Shown here: piece after piece, positions 58,532 to 64,000 of the stretch
Position numbering within the stretch: position 1 is the first letter of the stretch
Layout of the letters: each line of letters starts with the position of its first letter
NCBI GenBank assembly: GCA_004431415.1
Contig: QPMI01000106.1
Location: 287,182 to 351,181 of the forward strand
DNA length: 64,000 nucleotides
Source of the DNA: Cyanophora paradoxa CCMP329
Lineage: Eukaryota > Plantae > Glaucophyta
Direction: 5' to 3'
Made by a program: the position numbers and the translations under genes
The notes under the pieces: generated by a model
The model's database searches: none
What the model saw: only the letters and a program-made list of their open reading frames with translations
Told to the model about the DNA's origin: nothing

Positions 58532-61500
58532 ATGAAGCGCGCCTTCGTGCTCGCCGTCTTCCTCGCGGCCATCTGTGTCGCACCCACGCACGGGTCGAAT
58601 GCTGATCTGGCCAAGGCGTGTTCGGAGGCTCAGGCAGTCACGCTCCAGTCCTCCTCAACGCCGATGACGTACACATTCCAAACCAACAAAGCTGACAACC
58701 AGGGTGTCTTCAACCCGCCGAATTCCATCGACGCCGCGACTACTTGCAGCGAGGGTTGGTTCAAGATCACTCCTCAGTTCACCGGGTATGCTGCAGCTGT
58801 GCTGGGCCCTAGGTCTCGCTGTGCGCGCTCTGAATTCAGCTCCCCAGGAAAATCGCTCTTGGGACGTGCCAGTCTGCTCAGAACTTCGACACGAGGCTCG
58901 TCGTGTTCCCGAACACTGTCACTGCCTGCCCCACCGGCTCCTCCGCTGTCACCGGCGTGCTGATCGCGGGTCAGATTTGAAACTATCCTTTCATCTGCCG
59001 GGTTTACCGATGCCGCTCGCGCAGATGACGGCTGCGGCACTGGCACTCCTGGTCGCCAGGGCACGCTCAGCGACATCGCCGTCGAGTCGGGCAAGCCGTT
59101 CTACGTCGCGGTCGACGGGAACAAGGCATCCGGCGACGGTGAGCTTTGTCTAATAGATTCTAATTATAAAAGAACAGGCTTGCAATTTTCTAGGTCTAAT
59201 AGATTCTGTGATCAGGGAACTGCTACGGAGAGTTCAAGCTTTCCGTGACGGTCACGGATGGTGGCGCGCCCGCGACCCCTGGACCCGGCGTCCAGGCGGT
59301 GACGCCGCAGCCTGGGCCCAAGGTCAACAGCTTCGCCTCGACCCCTGGCACGTTCCAGTACCCCGATGGTGTCCCTCTCACCATCTCCAACATCGCTGTT
59401 GAGGGCACCGCCACGGCGACCTACGTGCGCGATTCCCTGTCCGTCTGCCTCCCCAAATTGAAGCCTAACTGCAATTATCGCAGTTTGTGTTGACCACGAC
59501 CCTTCAAGGCACCGTGCCGGATCAGTCGCTCTGCCCGACTTCGGTGCCGTCTCCGCTGACGTCACTGTGCGGTGGGACCTGCACCACCGGCCCTGCTCCT
59601 GCTGGCTACACGTTCACCGCCACCTACCCGTACGGCCTCTGCCCTGGTGCGTATTACATCATGATCATCGGATGCGTCGGCACTCCGCTCACTTTTGTGA
59701 TCATGATCACATGAACGTCGCAGGCGCCACCTATCAGGTGTCGCTCAAGGCCTGCAACGCTGACGGCTGCGGCGCCGAGGCGACCAACACGGTCACGCCC
59801 GATGCGGTCGCGGTTTCCTTCGCCGGCCGCAAGGTCTTCAAGTTCTACACCCTGCCGATCGCGGAGGCCGACGGCCTCTGCACCGCCTCGGGCGTCACCG
59901 GCCGCGCCGACTGCCCGGCGTCGATTCGCCGCGCGATGACCGCCTCCGGCTTCGTGGTCAGTGAAACTCGATTCTTTCCCCTGCGATCCGGCATCTCATC
60001 ACGCTTCGCCGCTCGCAGATTCCCGTCGACAACGCCCAGGATGCGGCTGAGTCGTCCCCCAACGTTGCGACCGGCTCGCTCCACAAGCGCAACCGCGTCG
60101 TGGGCGCCACCCCCAACGCGGCGAACTCCGGCATCTGGACCCGCCTGGACTACAACGTGCGTCGGCATTTTGCTTCAAAAACTGTCAATAATTATAATAT
60201 GCTGACTTCGACGATTTCGAACTCCAGCGGTACCTCTACATCGGCATGACGAGCTCGACTCCGCTGGCGAACGGACCCGCCGACGATGGCTTCGTGATGA
60301 AGGTCGACCTCAACGACTTCTCGTACGCCTACACTTCGTCCAAGGACGCCGCGCGGTTCGGCTCGATCGTCGTGAGGGACGCGGCCGGGGCCGAGGTCAT
60401 TGTGTTCCTGGTTGGCGCCTGCGACATCACCGTCAACGTTGACCGTGAGCGCTGTTTGTAGTTCTGAACGGTGTATATTTTCCTGACTCCATCTTGCAGC
60501 GACCAGCGATGATCGCGGCGTTGTTTCGCCCTTCTTCAAGCGCGTCCTTGTTCCGAGGATCTTCACCACCGGCAACGTCGCTTACATGGGCAAGATCCGT
60601 TGCCTTCGCGTCATGCCGAACGCTGGCCAGCTTCTCACCCCGTCGGACGTCAACACCGAGGTCGTCCCGGTCGTCAACGACGCTCTCATCACCCTCCGGA
60701 ACCGGTTCGTTGCAGACGATCTAATCATGAGGCCCGCCGCTCCGCCATTCTCATCTGAAGTTATTTCGCTGCCCGCAGCATCAACGTGCAGAACCAGGCT
60801 ACTGCGCCGGACGGCTACACCGTGAACACCAACTGGGGCGCCGGCGTCAAGATGGAGATCGGCATCATCGCCGAGAACCGCATGAGTTTCGTGAACGGCG
60901 CCCCCTCGACGACTCTCGTCGGCGGCGTACAGTACGCCAGCGACCTCGAGCGCTACAAGACCCTCTACAACACTCTCGACACTTCGGCCCCTGCTGGCCA
61001 GAACCCGACCAATGTCATCTGGAAGAACAGCTGCTACAAGACCGTGCGGCCTTTATTTTGTATTTATAATTAGTCTAGCGCGTCTGAGCTTGAAATTTGA
61101 CGTTTTTGTGCTCTCTCAGATCGACTACGCCACGGCGGACCAGGGCCTGTTCAAGAACTGGGTGTTCAACGAGGGCGACCTCAGCACCTCCGATCGGGTG
61201 GCCGACGCCAACGGCCGGGACCAGGGCGACGTCGCCGGCCGCTGCATGTTCCGCATGGGCACCGACCAGACCAAGTTCAAGTTCTACGCCCACGTCAACA
61301 TCTCCCAGATTGTGAGCGAACGTTATGGAGAATATTTCAATATTGTCTGACATTTAGACAGGACGGCCTCGGCCTCGCCCGCACCATCCGCTACGACATT
61401 TACCCCGTCACCATCGACAAGGTCCTTCAGGTGGCCTCGATCACCTACCAGGCGGACGCCCTCACCTCCACGTCGTCCGACGTTCGTCTTCAATTTTCCT

Positions 61501-62619
61501 GCCCTCCTTCGACTTTGAAAGCCTTGCGCTGATCGCCGTGTTTGTCGGCAGGTCGAGAAAGTGTCGAACACGCCCGTCACCCTGACGCCCGTGACCCCCG
61601 CCAGCTGGGTTGTTGACCCCGCGTACCTCACCTTCGAGCACCGCGCGGCCGTCCAGAGCGCGGCGTACTCCACCTCCGTGAGCGCACTTCTTTCGTATAT
61701 CGGCACTGTCTCTCCGGCTGACATGTACACGCCCGCGTGCGCAGCTGAACATCAAGCTCGAGAAGGTCTTCATCAGCTCCAACCCCGCCGGCCTCAGCGC
61801 CCAGGAGCTCAAGGTCACCCAAGGCTCCGGCTCCAGCTACGCGGCAGGCTTCGCCACCGTCGCGACCAGCTCGATCTGGGACGCCGCCAACCCGTACGGT
61901 GAGCTCTGCGGACGCGCAGCTGCGCTCGAGCTCGTCGCCAGGCCGAGGCCAAGGCTCACGGGCGCTGCTCCGCAGGCTCTGCCAGCTGGTACATCGATTC
62001 GTCGAGCACCACTCCGACCTCCGGCATGACCACGATGGTCAAGGGCGTCCTCCGCCGGTGCGCCGCCGCCGCCGCCGCCGATCTCTCGTTCCGAGTTCCA
62101 ATGTCGAGCATCCGTTGACCTTGCTTGCGTTATTCGCGCAGCGACCTGCTCTCGGCGGCGCCGTACCAGATCCGCATGGTGTTCCGCGCCAGCCTCGTCG
62201 GCTTTGCGCCGCCGGCCCGCCGCGGCCTGCTTTCGCGTGCCCGCGACCTTCTCCAGGCGAACCCCGCCACCTGGCAGTGGGAGGTGGTCGCGCAGGCCAA
62301 CTTCGCCGGCACCCGCCCCGCGGGCAGCGCCGCCGGCGCCGTCGCTGCCGGCGCCTCGTCGGCCGGCCTCACGACCGGCGCCATCGTCGGCATCGCCGTC
62401 GGCTGCGGCATGGCGGCCGTCCTCGGCGTCGTGATCGCCGCCGTCATCGTCGCCCGCAAGCGCCGCGGCGGCGGCTCCGGCGCCGGCGCCCGCCCCGGCT
62501 CGGCCGACCGGTACCGCGTCGCCCCCGTCGCCCCGGCCCCGGCCACCACCACCACCGTCGCCGTCAAGCCCTCGACGCCCCCGGCGCCATCGGCCGCCCC
62601 GGCCACCCTCGCCAACTAG
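58532..62619 (+). CDS. Multi-exon type-I membrane protein: signal peptide, PPC-like beta domain, FN3-like domain, conserved extracellular domain, TM helix
   Basis: Signal MKRAFVLAVFLAAICVAPTHG. About 15 short GT-AG introns, in phase where I checked them (first intron 58786-58847). Motifs NFDTRLVVF...DDGCG...GKPFYVAVDG...GEFKLSV, GLCPG|ATYQVSLKACNADGCG and KFKFYAHVNISQ. TM GAIVGIAVGCGMAAVLGVVIAAVIVA followed by RKRR. TAG 62617-62619. Confidence 0.85.
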
Positions 62620-64000
62620 GCGCGGGGCTTCGAATGCGTTTCCGATCATGATATACGCAATGTCACGATCACTTTCAGTCCGCTGTTACGAGATAGTTCC
62701 GCCTGCGCCTAGGTTTTCTGTACCGCCGCCTATCCATCGATATACTACTTGTTGCGTCGCGCGCGCGTTCGCATTGCTTAAATAGTGGTTAGGTGCGCCC
62801 TTGTAAGGTGTCTAGCGCTAGCTTTAGTGCTGCACCGAGCACTCGCTCGCCTCGCATTTTGAACCTCAAAAATTAAATGTATGTAGATCTAGGTCTGAAT
62901 TTATGTTAAATGAAAAATCATGCGTTAATCGAATTCCATTCAACGTCAACGTGTGTGCGGCATATATATATAATGCCGGCATTGCCAGGTTAACGTTGGG
63001 GCTGGCGGGGGCCGCGGCCCGCGGGGCGCCGGGGCGGCGCGCGGCGCGGGGCCTCAGGGGCCAGGGCCTGGGCCCTGGGGGCTGGGAGCCTGGGGCCTGG
63101 GCCGCCTGGTCTCGCGCCGACTCGCGGTCCTCCGGAGTCCGGAATCCGGATCCGTCGGACCTCGAGTCCGGCGCCGGGCCGCCGGCGCCGCGGCCGGCCC
63201 TGCTGCGCATGCGCCTGCGCATATGCATGCAGCTGGAATCTGAATTCGAATTGAAGCATATGCATGGATTCGAAGCCGTGTACGGTACCCCGCCGCTGGT
63301 GAAAGCCTCCGATCCTTTTTTTTGTCGAGCTTCGTGCATGGCCATGCCGCGCCTGGTCGGCGCGGTGGTCGCCCATAGCTAGCTGGCGGCGGCTTTCGCA
63401 TCGACATCGCGCTCCGGCTTTCGCCCCTTTTCTTCAGCTGTCGACGTCTTCCGAAGTTCGCGACGATGAGCCGTGTGAACCGTGGCGCGGCCGGCTCAGG
63501 CGGCCCTTATCTCAGCAAGTTCGACCCCTATCTCAAGTACCGCTTTGACGGTGCGCACGCGCGCGCGGGGTTAACGCTCTAGAATCTCTATCTGCGCTAA
63601 TATAAGCGCTAGCGGGGGCCTTGGGCTCCCGTGGGCTCAGCGGGCATGTGTGCGAATAGTATGGGCGTGCACGTACGCGTGCACGCGTACTACGGTACCG
63701 CCGCGGCTGACCGGTCAGAGATGTACATGCGCAGGCGACGTGCCGCGCGGGACCTGGGCGCAAGGAGACTTCGCCAGCGGATCCTACTATTACATCCCCG
63801 ATGACCCGAGCATTCCGCCGTGCGTGCATCCGACGCGCCCGATGGCCGCTGCCACGCTGGCAATCGATAATGACATAAGCGAGCGCCGCGGCGCTGCGCC
63901 GGCTCGCGATCGTTCCTCGAATTCGTATATATACGTACGTACGTCGACGCTAACGTTAACGCCGGCGCCGGCGCCGTCGCTCTCGCAGGGTCGAAGTGCC

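Overview
GC-rich, intron-dense eukaryotic DNA. Introns are mostly ~50-80 nt, with GTGCGC/GTGAGC/GTCCGC donors, CTGAC branch points and YGCAG acceptors. This looks like an algal or protist genome (a Cyanophora-like glaucophyte would fit, but I cannot confirm the species). Most entries in the ORF track are GC-rich noise or exon fragments, so I rebuilt the genes by hand from splice signals and paralog comparison. 1-51 kb is a repeat-rich accessory region. It holds a mosaic gene family in which one spliced non-coding 5' leader module precedes three unrelated head domains: a WD40-like propeller (3 copies), a Ulp1/SENP C48 protease and an F-box/LRR protein. Each head is followed by a coiled-coil/low-complexity tail, and the WD40 and Ulp1 genes share linker and tail modules. 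The region also contains an inverted repeat with a young poly(A)-tailed retroelement insertion in one arm, a 9.4-kb tandem duplication and an 18 x 50-bp minisatellite. 52-63 kb holds two head-to-head paralogous type-I membrane protein genes with a ZP-protein-like layout. The most striking signal is mutational. Aligned paralogs repeatedly differ by insertions that turn a 2-3-nt word w into w-revcomp(w)-w, and iterating this rule explains the palindromic hexamer runs that fill the intergenic DNA. No transposase, reverse transcriptase, rRNA, intact tRNA or CRISPR array was found. Many apparent frameshifts fall in G/C homopolymers and may be sequencing errors.
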